Numbered from the stretch's first letter, positions 9,330 through 18,918 are shown. The stretch is DNA of 34,044 bases from Minisyncoccia bacterium (GCA_041752275.1 JBGSHK010000014.1:1-34044); one strand, 5' to 3'. Program-made: numbers and translations. The notes: a model not told the origin generated them from the sequence alone.

Positions 9330-9378
9330 GATTAAAATACCAGATATGAAAATTTTCATGTCATGGTATTATTAAAGA

Positions 9379-10065
9379 ATGAAAATTATTCTATATATAG
9401 TAATCGCATTATTTGTGTTTCTTGGAATTAAAATAATATTCGATGCACCAGACAGTTTCACTGAATCTGGAATACAAACTGTTGGTACAGGTCAAGATAT
9501 CGAAAAATTATCTATGGCCGCAATCACACAAGGCAATATATCAATCTGTAAAAACTTCAAGATTGCAGCTATTAATATTCCACAATATGGTGAAAATGAA
9601 ATATTGAATAGATGTGAGGAATCATACAACAAAGCCACAGAAGATAAGACTAATGAGAATATCAGTTTTAGAGCTTACACATTAGTTTCCGGAGCGGGAA
9701 CCTCATACAGCCTACCAAAAAATTGGGGTTCATATGTAAACAGAAATGATTATAGTTGCCTTAATGTTTATAAACCATACCCACTCTACAAAGAGGATAA
9801 TTTGTTTTTGCTAATATGTGCGAAGTCAGAAAAAAGTGTTGAGGATTATATATCCAAAACATCAATTAAAGGCATCGAAAGAAATGTGGTCTCGGGTAGT
9901 ACAACCGTTAAAATATTTGATCTTTCTAACGGCGACAAACAATATGTGACCATAAAAGATGGAAAGTTATATGATTTTCAGTACACATACAAACCCCTTG
10001 TTTATAGTGATTTTGATGAAAAAAGAATATTAGAAATAATTAACCGAATCGAAGTAAAAAAGTAA
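9379..10065 (+). CDS. Membrane-anchored exported hypothetical protein
   Basis: N-terminal hydrophobic helix, two Cys pairs; C-terminal YSLPKNW...KDGKLYDFQY...ILEIINRIE resembles PsbP-like folds (inference). Confidence 0.75.
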   Translation: MKIILYIVIALFVFLGIKIIFDAPDSFTESGIQTVGTGQDIEKLSMAAITQGNISICKNFKIAAINIPQYGENEILNRCEESYNKATEDKTNENISFRAYTLVSGAGTSYSLPKNWGSYVNRNDYSCLNVYKPYPLYKEDNLFLLICAKSEKSVEDYISKTSIKGIERNVVSGSTTVKIFDLSNGDKQYVTIKDGKLYDFQYTYKPLVYSDFDEKRILEIINRIEVKK

Positions 10066-10108
10066 AAACCTCACCAAACTGATTTGATAAATTTGTCCTC
10101 ATCTCCAC
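10065..10108 (+). repeat. att-like repeat, copy 1
   Basis: AAAACCTCACCAAACTGATTTGATAAATTTGTCC + TCATCTCCAC (CATCTCCAC is identical to tmRNA 9320-9328). Confidence 0.85.
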
Positions 10109-10116
10109 TTTTTATG

Positions 10117-10144
10117 AAATAGCCTTGTTTTGCAAGGTTGTTTT
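10117..10144 (+). terminator. Intrinsic terminator just after att-like copy 1
   Basis: AAATAGCCTTG-TTTTG-CAAGGTTGTTTT. Confidence 0.7.
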
Positions 10145-10243
10145 GTGTACTGATCATACTACAGCTTAAATTCATTTTTGTAAGATATCATACTGGTGGT
10201 ATTTTTTTTGGAACAATATGAACTTTTCATATATAATTAAAAT

Positions 10244-11257
10244 ATGGAAAAAACACCTAATAATGATGAAGGACTAGCAAATCCAACAAAACAAAATTTC
10301 GATCATGAAACAGTAAACGAAAAACCTTTTATACCTCTAAATAATTTCAAAATGAGGCTTGAAGAAGAAATTAGTCCTGAAGATAAACCATTGACGTTTG
10401 GTGGATTTAACTTAGAGAGTGCAAAAGAACTATCTGAAGGTCTAGGTGCACTTTATGATAAATCATTAGCTATTTTTAAAAAATACCAACAAGAAGAAAT
10501 ATGGTCAAAAGGTAACAAATTTCACGATACTGATACACCAATATCTGGATATCCAGACAGAATTAGAAGATATATTTATGGACAAAATAGCGGTATAACA
10601 TTTGGTGATTTACATGGAGACATCGAAGTCAAAGAACGTTTCTATGAAAGCATTAGTGAAGCATTTGAATTATTTGCCTGCATTAAATATCTAAAGCCAG
10701 ACTCAATAGTAGCTTTGGTAAATGGTGCAAGTAGACTGGGTGCAATTTGTGAAGCAATGGATTTCAAAGTAAACAAACTATCTATTCATAAAAAAGCTGG
10801 GCTAGAGGCTGAAAAAGGTAGCTACAGACATGAACTTTCTAATGAAATTGACTATATTGGGGGTGAAATAAAACAAGGGTCAAAAGTTTTATTATTAGAA
10901 GACACTTCTAGTTTAGGAGAAGAAAGAACCTATCGAGATGCTAGAAAATGGTTATTAGATCGAGGTGTTAGTGATGCGCCTGTATTTATGCAGAGAATGG
11001 TAAGTTTTAGTAGTTTAATATACCGTCAACAACCTAGTGTGGATGAGCTTATTGATATCCAAAAGCATTTGGACAGTGAACAATGTTTTCTATCTTTATC
11101 TGTATTTAAGCCAAGTAAAACTTCTGATTACTGGAAAAGAACAAAAGGTAAATTAACAAAAGTTATAGAAGAAAGACCTGAATTATATTCTGAGTTTTTT
11201 GGTTTGATTAGAAAATTAGGTCACGAACAAGATATTATAAATACACCTCAAACCTAA
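10244..11257 (+). CDS. Hypothetical protein with a type I phosphoribosyltransferase-like domain
   Basis: KPDSIVALVNGASRLGAICEAM and GSKVLLLEDTSSLG resemble the PRTase cis-peptide loop and PRPP-binding loop. Confidence 0.6.
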   Translation: MEKTPNNDEGLANPTKQNFDHETVNEKPFIPLNNFKMRLEEEISPEDKPLTFGGFNLESAKELSEGLGALYDKSLAIFKKYQQEEIWSKGNKFHDTDTPISGYPDRIRRYIYGQNSGITFGDLHGDIEVKERFYESISEAFELFACIKYLKPDSIVALVNGASRLGAICEAMDFKVNKLSIHKKAGLEAEKGSYRHELSNEIDYIGGEIKQGSKVLLLEDTSSLGEERTYRDARKWLLDRGVSDAPVFMQRMVSFSSLIYRQQPSVDELIDIQKHLDSEQCFLSLSVFKPSKTSDYWKRTKGKLTKVIEERPELYSEFFGLIRKLGHEQDIINTPQT

Positions 11258-11268
11258 CCACAAACTCC

Positions 11269-11312
11269 AAAACCTCACCAAAATGATTTGATAAATTTGT
11301 CCATGTGTCCAC
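11269..11312 (+). repeat. att-like repeat, copy 2
   Basis: AAAACCTCACCAAAATGATTTGATAAATTTGTCC (33/34 identical to copy 1) + ATGTGTCCAC. Confidence 0.85.
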
Positions 11313-11317
11313 AAAAC

Positions 11318-11342
11318 AAAAACAACCCTGAGGGTTGTTTTT
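11318..11342. terminator. Bidirectional intrinsic terminator
   Basis: AAAAACAACCC-TGA-GGGTTGTTTTT. Confidence 0.85.
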
Positions 11343-11429
11343 AGTATTTTAGATTCTAGTATTTACTTAACTTAATTCGTCTGATTTGGTGAAAAAAATT
11401 ATAAATCTTGAAAGAATAATAATATTTTT

Positions 11430-14400
11430 CTACTCCCAAGTTACTGATGTTTCTGGGTGGATGATGAATGATTGACCCTCTGAAGTTATTCCAATATAGT
11501 GCAGATATGCTGAAGATAAGGTTACAGTGTCGGTTCTATCAATCTGTCCAGTTCCTGTAAGATCAAAGATTGTGGTACTTGCTGTCATTCCAGTTAAATC
11601 GTCACTAGACCTAAGTATAATTCGACTTGCATTGTTATATGAAAGTTTTGTTCTTATCATAGATTGTTTACCTGACGGAGCGCCCCTAAAGAGTGTTCGA
11701 CCGTTTGTGTCTCCTGCAGATGTTGTAACAACCACATCGCCATTAGTTTGAACAGCTGGAACACCTTGGGAAAACGAATTTCCTGAACTAAGGAAGAAAG
11801 GTGTTTGTGTCCGAGTTGCGGTCCAAGGACCAAGTGTTGCTCCACCTGCCACAACATTTACATTTGCTGGCATAGAAGAACCGGTGAAGTCATACTCTTT
11901 ATCAGGGTTAGGTCCATTATAATTTTCACCATTTTCCAAAAACGATTGATAACGATCCTGTACCTGCTCTCTTGTCAATTCAACACCATTCCATGCCGCA
12001 ACATTATACGCTCGACCTGACACACCAATGTTACCCAAAGTGGCCGTAGCTCCAGAAAGGAGAGTTGTTGTCTTATTGACACCTGTTCCTCCATTGACAC
12101 GGTTGCCATAAGTCGCCTGATTTAAATTAAGGTTGTAATCCTTAACTTTTTTTCCATTAACATATATCTGCCAATGCCCGATACCATTGTGGGTTACTAA
12201 AATATGTATATCTTTACCTAAGGGTATTGTAACACCTGTATTTAGGTTGTAGTAGTTGATTGACCCTTCAGTACGATCCAAACTTAGATAACTGCTATGA
12301 ATAATTCTTAGTACAGGACCAAGCCATCCATTACTGTCAGGGTCAGTACTATATAGATAAATACCGCCGTTATATGTATTATTTTGTGATGAACGAGTAC
12401 CAGGAGGGGCTGAACCTAGCATAACAAGTGGTATATATCTATCCCCTAAACCATGCTGCGGTCGTCCGAAAAACTCTAATGTACTGGTACCAGAAAGTGC
12501 TGGAAAACTATTGAGTGTTACAGTGCTTCCGTTATTAATTAAACCATTATCGGATACAGATAGATTAAAAGATTCCTCATCTGCAATATTAGTAGTTTTA
12601 TTTTTAAAGGCAAGAATCGCATACTTACGACCCAATACATTGTAGTCTGAATTTGCAAGCCTAACACCATCAGATCGCAAACCACCAATAGCAGAACTCA
12701 CCATATCCGTGGCTCCAAACGGTTTACCTTCACCTTCTGTCATAGTATCAGTAATAAACACATTGTGTTTAGTGTCAGCAGTATTGTCGTTTACACCATC
12801 AAGAATCATTGCTGCATTTGGCTCAAAACCAGTCGAGATAAGACGATTACTGGTTCCGTCACCAATATAGGTCACAAGTTTACTAGTAGGTCCGTCATAA
12901 AAACCAACACCCTCAATACCCTCCCCTAAAGCGGTATTTGAGTTTTGATTTACTGTTACAGCATCAGTAACCGTAACACCGTCATTATCAATAGACATAA
13001 AAGATGTTGTCGCGCCATCTTGGAATTTTCCGGAAACTGCAATGTCTGCATCTTTCCATCGGAAAATTGCCGGACGGCTTGAATCTCGCTTGATGAACAT
13101 TAAATCTGCAGCTCCTTCCGTGAACTTTACACTTCTTGGGTTTATAGCATTTCCAACCCACGAGGATGACTGATCTGAGCCTGAGTAGTTATCGTTGAAA
13201 GCTATCCAGTGATATACAACTCCTGATTTATTAGCATTACCAGTAGATGTAAAACCTGCTCCATCAAATTCTTCCCAGACCTTACCATTTCTAGATCCAA
13301 TAGCATATGCACTTGGTAGGTCTGTTAGGTACTGTGTACGACCATGCCAAACAGTACGATTACGCCACATGATAGGATCTGTATTAGCTGGCATAACAAA
13401 TACCATGCCTGGTTTGAAGGAAGAATCAATATTTTTTGTCAACGTATCGCCAGTACCTATATACGAACCGGTTTCTACAAGCATAGCCACAGCACTTTCA
13501 GCAGTAGTAAATGTCTCGTCACTTGATGTAGCCGTATTCCCTTGTGCATCCACAGACTGTACCCGGAAATGATACGTCGTTCCAGGAGAAAGATCAGTTA
13601 AAGTAATGGAATTACTTGTTACCAGTGCCGCAGAGGTTGAGGCGAGACCGTAAGCAGTGTCTGTACCGTAATCTACCCTTGAGCTAGAAACCTCGTTTGT
13701 AGTCCAAGTAATTGTTACATCAGTATTGCCAGGGGTACCTGAAGAGATAGAAGAAATTACAGGGGCAGTGTTGTCAACTATCACAGTAATAACACTCGAC
13801 GTAGCATAGTTTCCACTTCCATCCCTTGCGACCGCGATAAGAGTATGGGAACCATCTGCAACAGAGGTACTGTCCCAGGTAACACCGTATGGAGAAGTGG
13901 TGTCTTCTGCTCCGATATTTGTATTGGTATCAAGTTTGAACTGTACACCTGAAACTGATACATCATCACTTGCATCCGCAGTAAGAGATACAGAAGATCC
14001 AGAAACTGTGGCATTGTTGAGCGGTGTATCAAGTGAAATAGTTGGTGATACAGTATCAGCAGCAACGGTAAAAGAAATTGTATAATCGTCTGTATTCGTA
14101 TTTGCTGAAGTGTCACGACATTTGACATAGTACACGTAGGAACCACTATTTGAAAGCCCTGAAACTAACGAGGAGTGCGAGGTGTTTCCGGTAGTATTAA
14201 AAACAGTCATAGAGTTGTATGTGGTGTTTGGTGATGTGGAATAGGCACAGGACGCATTCTTGTCAGTTGTAACTGATATAGTAGTGCTTGTACTGTTGAA
14301 TGCTAGTGTACCAGAAGGAGATCCATTGGATAAGACAGGTGGTGTGGATGAGGTAGGTGATGAAGATTGGACAGGTGCTAACACATTTGATTGAGGGGAC

Positions 14401-15206
14401 GGAGCACCTCCACCTCCGAAAGAATAATAAATAGGAAAATTAGCTGTAACTAATTTGTTAGCCATAACATTGTTATCTATTCTCGGAATAATTTGTTCAC
14501 TATTAATATAACTCCTGGTACTAACCTGAAAATTACCAGCTTCATTAAGTGAAATTTTTAATTTGTTGACCTGAAATCTTTTTAGAGCGTTTTGGGTGAG
14601 TGTTCCAAAAAAAGTAGTTTCTTTACCTTTAGATCCAATACCCGTTTCCGCTAAAGGAAAACTATTGTTATTTAAATATTTTTGTAGTTCCTTTACATCA
14701 TTACCTGTCATGCCAAGTTTAAGATCTTTTGTAAATTTAAATTTTACACAACCAAAATAATCTCTAGTAGCTGAGTCAAAAACACCATGAATAGTTGAGA
14801 TATTGTTGGCTTTTTGAAATCTACTAACAGCTGACTGAGTTAAGGTTCCAAAAAAAATAGTTTCTTTACCTTTAGATCCAATACCAGTTTCCGCTAAAGG
14901 AAAACTATTGTTATTTAAATATTTTTGTAACTCCTTTACATCATTACCTGTCATGCCAAGTTTAAGATCTTTTGTAATATCACAAAGTGACGTTGCGGTT
15001 TGCACACTCTCTGCTTGAGTTTGTTTTATTGAATAACCGTAAAAACTGAGTACTAGAAAAAGAAAACAATACGTTGCAATATACAAATTTTGACGTATTG
15101 CTATAAATTTTAAAAAACAATACCTTAATCTTACAAGGAAAACTTTTTGATATTTTTTAAAGACATCATTCTCTATTTTGATTTGTTCTAAAATTTTATT
15201 CTTCAT
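11430..15206 (-). CDS. Large multidomain surface protein: 2x PG-binding, Ig-like/FN3 domains, GxYxGxG repeats, LamG-like domain
   Basis: N-terminal TM; duplicated DLKLGMTGNDVKELQKYLN...FFGTLTQ; DTVSPTISLDTP...WDSTSVADGSHTL (Big); VTITWTTNE...TTYHFRVQSVD (FN3); HILVTHNG...IYVNGKKV (LamG-like). Confidence 0.85.
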   Translation of the reverse strand: MKNKILEQIKIENDVFKKYQKVFLVRLRYCFLKFIAIRQNLYIATYCFLFLVLSFYGYSIKQTQAESVQTATSLCDITKDLKLGMTGNDVKELQKYLNNNSFPLAETGIGSKGKETIFFGTLTQSAVSRFQKANNISTIHGVFDSATRDYFGCVKFKFTKDLKLGMTGNDVKELQKYLNNNSFPLAETGIGSKGKETTFFGTLTQNALKRFQVNKLKISLNEAGNFQVSTRSYINSEQIIPRIDNNVMANKLVTANFPIYYSFGGGGAPSPQSNVLAPVQSSSPTSSTPPVLSNGSPSGTLAFNSTSTTISVTTDKNASCAYSTSPNTTYNSMTVFNTTGNTSHSSLVSGLSNSGSYVYYVKCRDTSANTNTDDYTISFTVAADTVSPTISLDTPLNNATVSGSSVSLTADASDDVSVSGVQFKLDTNTNIGAEDTTSPYGVTWDSTSVADGSHTLIAVARDGSGNYATSSVITVIVDNTAPVISSISSGTPGNTDVTITWTTNEVSSSRVDYGTDTAYGLASTSAALVTSNSITLTDLSPGTTYHFRVQSVDAQGNTATSSDETFTTAESAVAMLVETGSYIGTGDTLTKNIDSSFKPGMVFVMPANTDPIMWRNRTVWHGRTQYLTDLPSAYAIGSRNGKVWEEFDGAGFTSTGNANKSGVVYHWIAFNDNYSGSDQSSSWVGNAINPRSVKFTEGAADLMFIKRDSSRPAIFRWKDADIAVSGKFQDGATTSFMSIDNDGVTVTDAVTVNQNSNTALGEGIEGVGFYDGPTSKLVTYIGDGTSNRLISTGFEPNAAMILDGVNDNTADTKHNVFITDTMTEGEGKPFGATDMVSSAIGGLRSDGVRLANSDYNVLGRKYAILAFKNKTTNIADEESFNLSVSDNGLINNGSTVTLNSFPALSGTSTLEFFGRPQHGLGDRYIPLVMLGSAPPGTRSSQNNTYNGGIYLYSTDPDSNGWLGPVLRIIHSSYLSLDRTEGSINYYNLNTGVTIPLGKDIHILVTHNGIGHWQIYVNGKKVKDYNLNLNQATYGNRVNGGTGVNKTTTLLSGATATLGNIGVSGRAYNVAAWNGVELTREQVQDRYQSFLENGENYNGPNPDKEYDFTGSSMPANVNVVAGGATLGPWTATRTQTPFFLSSGNSFSQGVPAVQTNGDVVVTTSAGDTNGRTLFRGAPSGKQSMIRTKLSYNNASRIILRSSDDLTGMTASTTIFDLTGTGQIDRTDTVTLSSAYLHYIGITSEGQSFIIHPETSVTWE
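14602..14977. repeat. 133-bp direct repeat (14602-14734 and 14845-14977) encoding the two PG-binding domains
   Basis: 4 mismatches in 133 bp by manual alignment; offset 243 bp (in frame). Confidence 0.9.
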
Positions 15207-15339
15207 AGTGCTATATTATATTATATAATTAATATATCACAAATTATAGTGTGATACATAATAAATAGTGCAAGGTTATATATAAACCAGTTAATGATTA
15301 ATCAGACAGGTTTTACAGATTTAGGGTTTAAAAATTTTA

Positions 15340-18300
15340 TTAATTCTCTCTAATCTCAGGGTTTATACGACAAGTAACAGATTCTGAAAGGTTTACACTT
15401 GGACCAGTACAATTAACTGTTATTTTTTGATTTGAGTTTAAGGGATCAACACTTACAGCTCCAAAACCTGATCCTTCGTCATTTAAAACAATTGACGGAT
15501 TTGCGGGTGATAATGTGTTTTCACCTACAGATACAACAGTACAACTTGTCCCTGTGGGCATATTTTGTATATCCCAACTTATATTACACACACCACCTTT
15601 ATTAACGGTCAGTTTAGGTCTTTTTATTAAAGTTATTGAAGTTGATGCTGAGGTAGTTGTAGCTTGGTTTATGGATACAATATCATTTATTCCAGGTATG
15701 TTACATGTTGCATCTGCTCTTCTAACAGTGGTTAACTCTCTTCTGTTATCAATTATATAAACAGGTACAGTTTGTTGTGATTCTGTTTTGTTTATTGTAA
15801 ATAAGTTACTTGATAATTTTTGATTGTCTTTATAATAATCTATATTCGCACCATTTAAAGGACTTGCTATTAATCTTACATCAGACACTGAAGGGTCAGA
15901 ACTATTGGAAACTAAACAAGTTAAGGACAGGCTACATTGTGGACTATCATATTCATTGCTAATAAAGGTATCTGTTGTTCTGTTGTAACAAATCATATTC
16001 TGATTAGTACATCCGCAAGATATATCATCAGTGGTAGATGTTGAGGTTACAGTTGTAGAAGTCGCAGTGTTATCAACACATTGACCTTGTGAGTTTTTCG
16101 TATAGTTTGTATCAATATAATCACCACCTAATGTTTGCTTTCTTATTGTACTTCCGAATTCAATAAAATTACCTTCAAGATTTGGACAAACCAAAGCACT
16201 TTCACCAGGACAAACTCCTGCACCTGCAACACATACCTCTTGTGAATATATTCTAAAGGTTGAAGTGTTACCTCTAGCTTGATTTTGTAACATTATATAA
16301 AACCTGTGTTTTCCTGGAGTTGTAGGCATTTTATATGTACCTGCAGTTATATTATAATTACTACTTCTTTCATGACCTCCAGCATTGTAATAACCATTAC
16401 CCCAAGATCCAGTACTCCACAAATATTTACCTCCTTTACCTTGAACGTTGTTATTCATAAAACCACTAACTGATGTACCTAAAAAATTATTAACACCTAC
16501 AGGATGTCTTTGAACACCACCTATTGAACCCGAACCTGTCCAAAAAGATGCAAGTCTAGGTAAAACACGGGGTCCCCACGTATCACCATAATAAAACAAA
16601 ACATTAAACCATTGAATTACAGTTTGACGTGGTCCTCTAAAGCGTTGCTTGTTGGTTCCTTGTTGCCAATCGGCTGCTTCATATATACCATTTAGGTTAA
16701 AATTCCACCAATCATCACTAGGACCAAACAGATTGTTATTAAATCCAGCATTGTCACAAGCAACATAAGATGCATTTACTTGTAAAGTAAAATCTTCACC
16801 AGGTTGATACATTTTTACACCAGTAGGTTGAGGTGATATAAAAGAATTTAATTTAAAATTTTGTGAAGAATTAGCCGATGGTGCAAACTCTGTCGTAAAC
16901 GCCTCCGCTTTTTGAGAAATCAAAAGTAAAGGAGTTAATGCGATTAAAAATAGTAAAGTGGTGGTAGACACTTTTTTGTTTATTTTTTTTCTGTAAAACA
17001 TAATTATGAAAATAAATATTATTGGTAAAAACGCAATTAAAATCATATATATTAAGTCTATATCTTTATTTTTAGAATAAACATTTTTCAACTCTTTTTC
17101 TGAGGGTAAATTAGTTTCATATTTTGATAAAACATTACCTTCTTCATCAACCATCTCAGCTTTAACAATAAAACCACTTACTGTTTTTGATATGTCAACA
17201 TCAACAGCGGTAGTACTCGCTTCCGATAGATTTATTTGTGTCTGACCTTCACCTATAAGATTATTTTTTCTATCAAAAATAGATAATTTTATTGTTGCGG
17301 TTTTTTTCACAGCAACATTTTGCGTGTTGCTAGCATTTCCTGTTGAATCTTTTTCTATTTGATCATAAAAAAACTTAGCAACTTCCTCAGAAGACATACT
17401 CGATATATCAACGCCTTCAGGTACACTTGTATCAAAATCAACAGGTTGATCATTTATAGAATTAAAGTCAAAAGCTTCTTCATTTGTTATGTTTAAAGGC
17501 ATTCCAGCATATTCAATATTAACTTTAATTTTTTCACCTTTCTTTGCATCCAGAGAAGATGTGTTTATGTTCAATATCGTACCTATACTACCTTCTAATA
17601 TATATCTAAAATAAGAAGATGGTATATAGTATTCAGCATTTTCAAATGTTAAAACTCCAGCATAAACAAGAGGGTTTATATTTGTTGGTAATTTCAATCT
17701 ATACTCCTTGTTTGAATCCAATACAATTACAATGTCATCCAACATAATAGTTTCTACAGGTTTGTTATTAAAAGTTGTTCTATTGTACAACTCTATTTTA
17801 GGTTTAACACTAAGACCTTTAATACCCACTTTATCTATTTTAAAATTAATAAAAATGTCACCATCTTTTTTTACAGTTGGACCTTGCTGTGGAAAAAAGT
17901 TTTTACCATCAACTTCAATATTAAAATTATTTAAAGTTAATATTTTTTTATTTTTTTCACTTTTTATGTTTATAGGTTTTTGTATCTGATTTAAAAAAGT
18001 TCCATCTTTTGAATAAACAACAACAACAAGATCTGCCTTTGTGTTTAATTCAGTATTTAAAACATGCTCAAAATTAAAAACATTATTAGATTTAGATTCT
18101 AAATAAATATTTTTTCCATATTGGAAATCACTTTCTATTGTTTGATTATCTAAACTTGTCGATATAAAAGTTTGTATATAAACATCTGACTCTCTTGAAT
18201 CTGAATTATTAAATATTCTAACAGAACCTTTAATAATTTCTTTTTCATTATATTCTGTTTTATCTAAAAATAAATCATTTACATAAACACCTTCACCTTG

Positions 18301-18369
18301 AGCTAAAATTGTATTTTTATTATTTAAAATACAAAAAATAAATAAAGCAATTAAAAATATTTTTTTCAT
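15340..18369 (-). CDS. Large exported/membrane protein with internal TM plus signal-peptide-like segment and Cys-rich C-terminal half
   Basis: N-terminal signal peptide; internal IYMILIAFLPIIFIFIIMFY-RKKINKK-VSTTTLLFLIALTPLLLISQKAEA; beta-rich domains; about 15 Cys in the C-terminal half. Confidence 0.85.
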   Translation of the reverse strand: MKKIFLIALFIFCILNNKNTILAQGEGVYVNDLFLDKTEYNEKEIIKGSVRIFNNSDSRESDVYIQTFISTSLDNQTIESDFQYGKNIYLESKSNNVFNFEHVLNTELNTKADLVVVVYSKDGTFLNQIQKPINIKSEKNKKILTLNNFNIEVDGKNFFPQQGPTVKKDGDIFINFKIDKVGIKGLSVKPKIELYNRTTFNNKPVETIMLDDIVIVLDSNKEYRLKLPTNINPLVYAGVLTFENAEYYIPSSYFRYILEGSIGTILNINTSSLDAKKGEKIKVNIEYAGMPLNITNEEAFDFNSINDQPVDFDTSVPEGVDISSMSSEEVAKFFYDQIEKDSTGNASNTQNVAVKKTATIKLSIFDRKNNLIGEGQTQINLSEASTTAVDVDISKTVSGFIVKAEMVDEEGNVLSKYETNLPSEKELKNVYSKNKDIDLIYMILIAFLPIIFIFIIMFYRKKINKKVSTTTLLFLIALTPLLLISQKAEAFTTEFAPSANSSQNFKLNSFISPQPTGVKMYQPGEDFTLQVNASYVACDNAGFNNNLFGPSDDWWNFNLNGIYEAADWQQGTNKQRFRGPRQTVIQWFNVLFYYGDTWGPRVLPRLASFWTGSGSIGGVQRHPVGVNNFLGTSVSGFMNNNVQGKGGKYLWSTGSWGNGYYNAGGHERSSNYNITAGTYKMPTTPGKHRFYIMLQNQARGNTSTFRIYSQEVCVAGAGVCPGESALVCPNLEGNFIEFGSTIRKQTLGGDYIDTNYTKNSQGQCVDNTATSTTVTSTSTTDDISCGCTNQNMICYNRTTDTFISNEYDSPQCSLSLTCLVSNSSDPSVSDVRLIASPLNGANIDYYKDNQKLSSNLFTINKTESQQTVPVYIIDNRRELTTVRRADATCNIPGINDIVSINQATTTSASTSITLIKRPKLTVNKGGVCNISWDIQNMPTGTSCTVVSVGENTLSPANPSIVLNDEGSGFGAVSVDPLNSNQKITVNCTGPSVNLSESVTCRINPEIREN

Positions 18370-18417
18370 ATATTATATTATAACCTTTTTTATTAAAAAA
18401 ACTACCCATTCAAGTGT

Positions 18418-18834
18418 TTATTCAATAATTATTTTTCTTTCATTTTCATTATTCTCAACATGTTTAAATTTTACAACAAGATCAACTTTAATATTATTGT
18501 CTTTGATGATTTCAGGCCATTCTATGAATATTAAATTATCTTTATTTTTTAAATAATCATCAAACTTTATTTTTAACAAATCTTGATAAGAATTTAACCT
18601 ATAGGCATCTATGTGTATTAAATTTTTAAAACCCAAAACATCAAAATCATACTTTTTTAAAATGGTAAAAGTTGGACTTGTGATATCTATATTCAAATCA
18701 AGGTGTTTACACAGGTTTTTGGTAAAAGTTGTTTTTCCTGAACCTAAATCCCCTTGCAAATACACAACAGTTGCTCTAGCTTTGTTTTTAAAAGTCTTTG
18801 TTTTTTTTACGAAATCATCATATATATTATCCAT
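18418..18834 (-). CDS. tsaE: tRNA t6A biosynthesis ATPase TsaE
   Basis: LQGDLGSGKTTF, TSPTFTILKKY, HIDAYRL, FIEWPE. Confidence 0.95.
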   Translation of the reverse strand: MDNIYDDFVKKTKTFKNKARATVVYLQGDLGSGKTTFTKNLCKHLDLNIDITSPTFTILKKYDFDVLGFKNLIHIDAYRLNSYQDLLKIKFDDYLKNKDNLIFIEWPEIIKDNNIKVDLVVKFKHVENNENERKIIIE

Positions 18835-18845
18835 ATATATACAAT

Positions 18846-18883
18846 AAACAAAAACACCTTTGTTAACAAGGGTGTTTTTGTTT
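18846..18883. terminator. Intrinsic terminator after the LPXTG gene
   Basis: AAACAAAAACACCTTTG-TTAA-CAAGGGTGTTTTTGTTT. Confidence 0.8.
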
Positions 18884-18918
18884 TTAATATAATATTTACT
18901 CTATTATATACAATCTTA

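Larger units (their letters stand above)
9329..11312 (+). mobile_element. Putative tandem array of two non-autonomous single-gene cassettes at the tmRNA 3' end
   Basis: Units 9329-10108 and 10109-11312 each end in the same 34-bp site plus a 10-nt stretch ending TCCAC, matching the tmRNA 3' end; no integrase within. Confidence 0.6.

Noticed and set aside
10065-11312. CRISPR array or classical integron attC sites
   Set aside because: Only two copies 1.2 kb apart, no cas or intI, and no RYYYAAC...GTTRRRY boxes.
11379-15307. 8-bp inverted repeat GTCTGATT/AATCAGAC flanking the large surface gene
   Set aside because: Too short to distinguish from chance; no transposase or target duplication.
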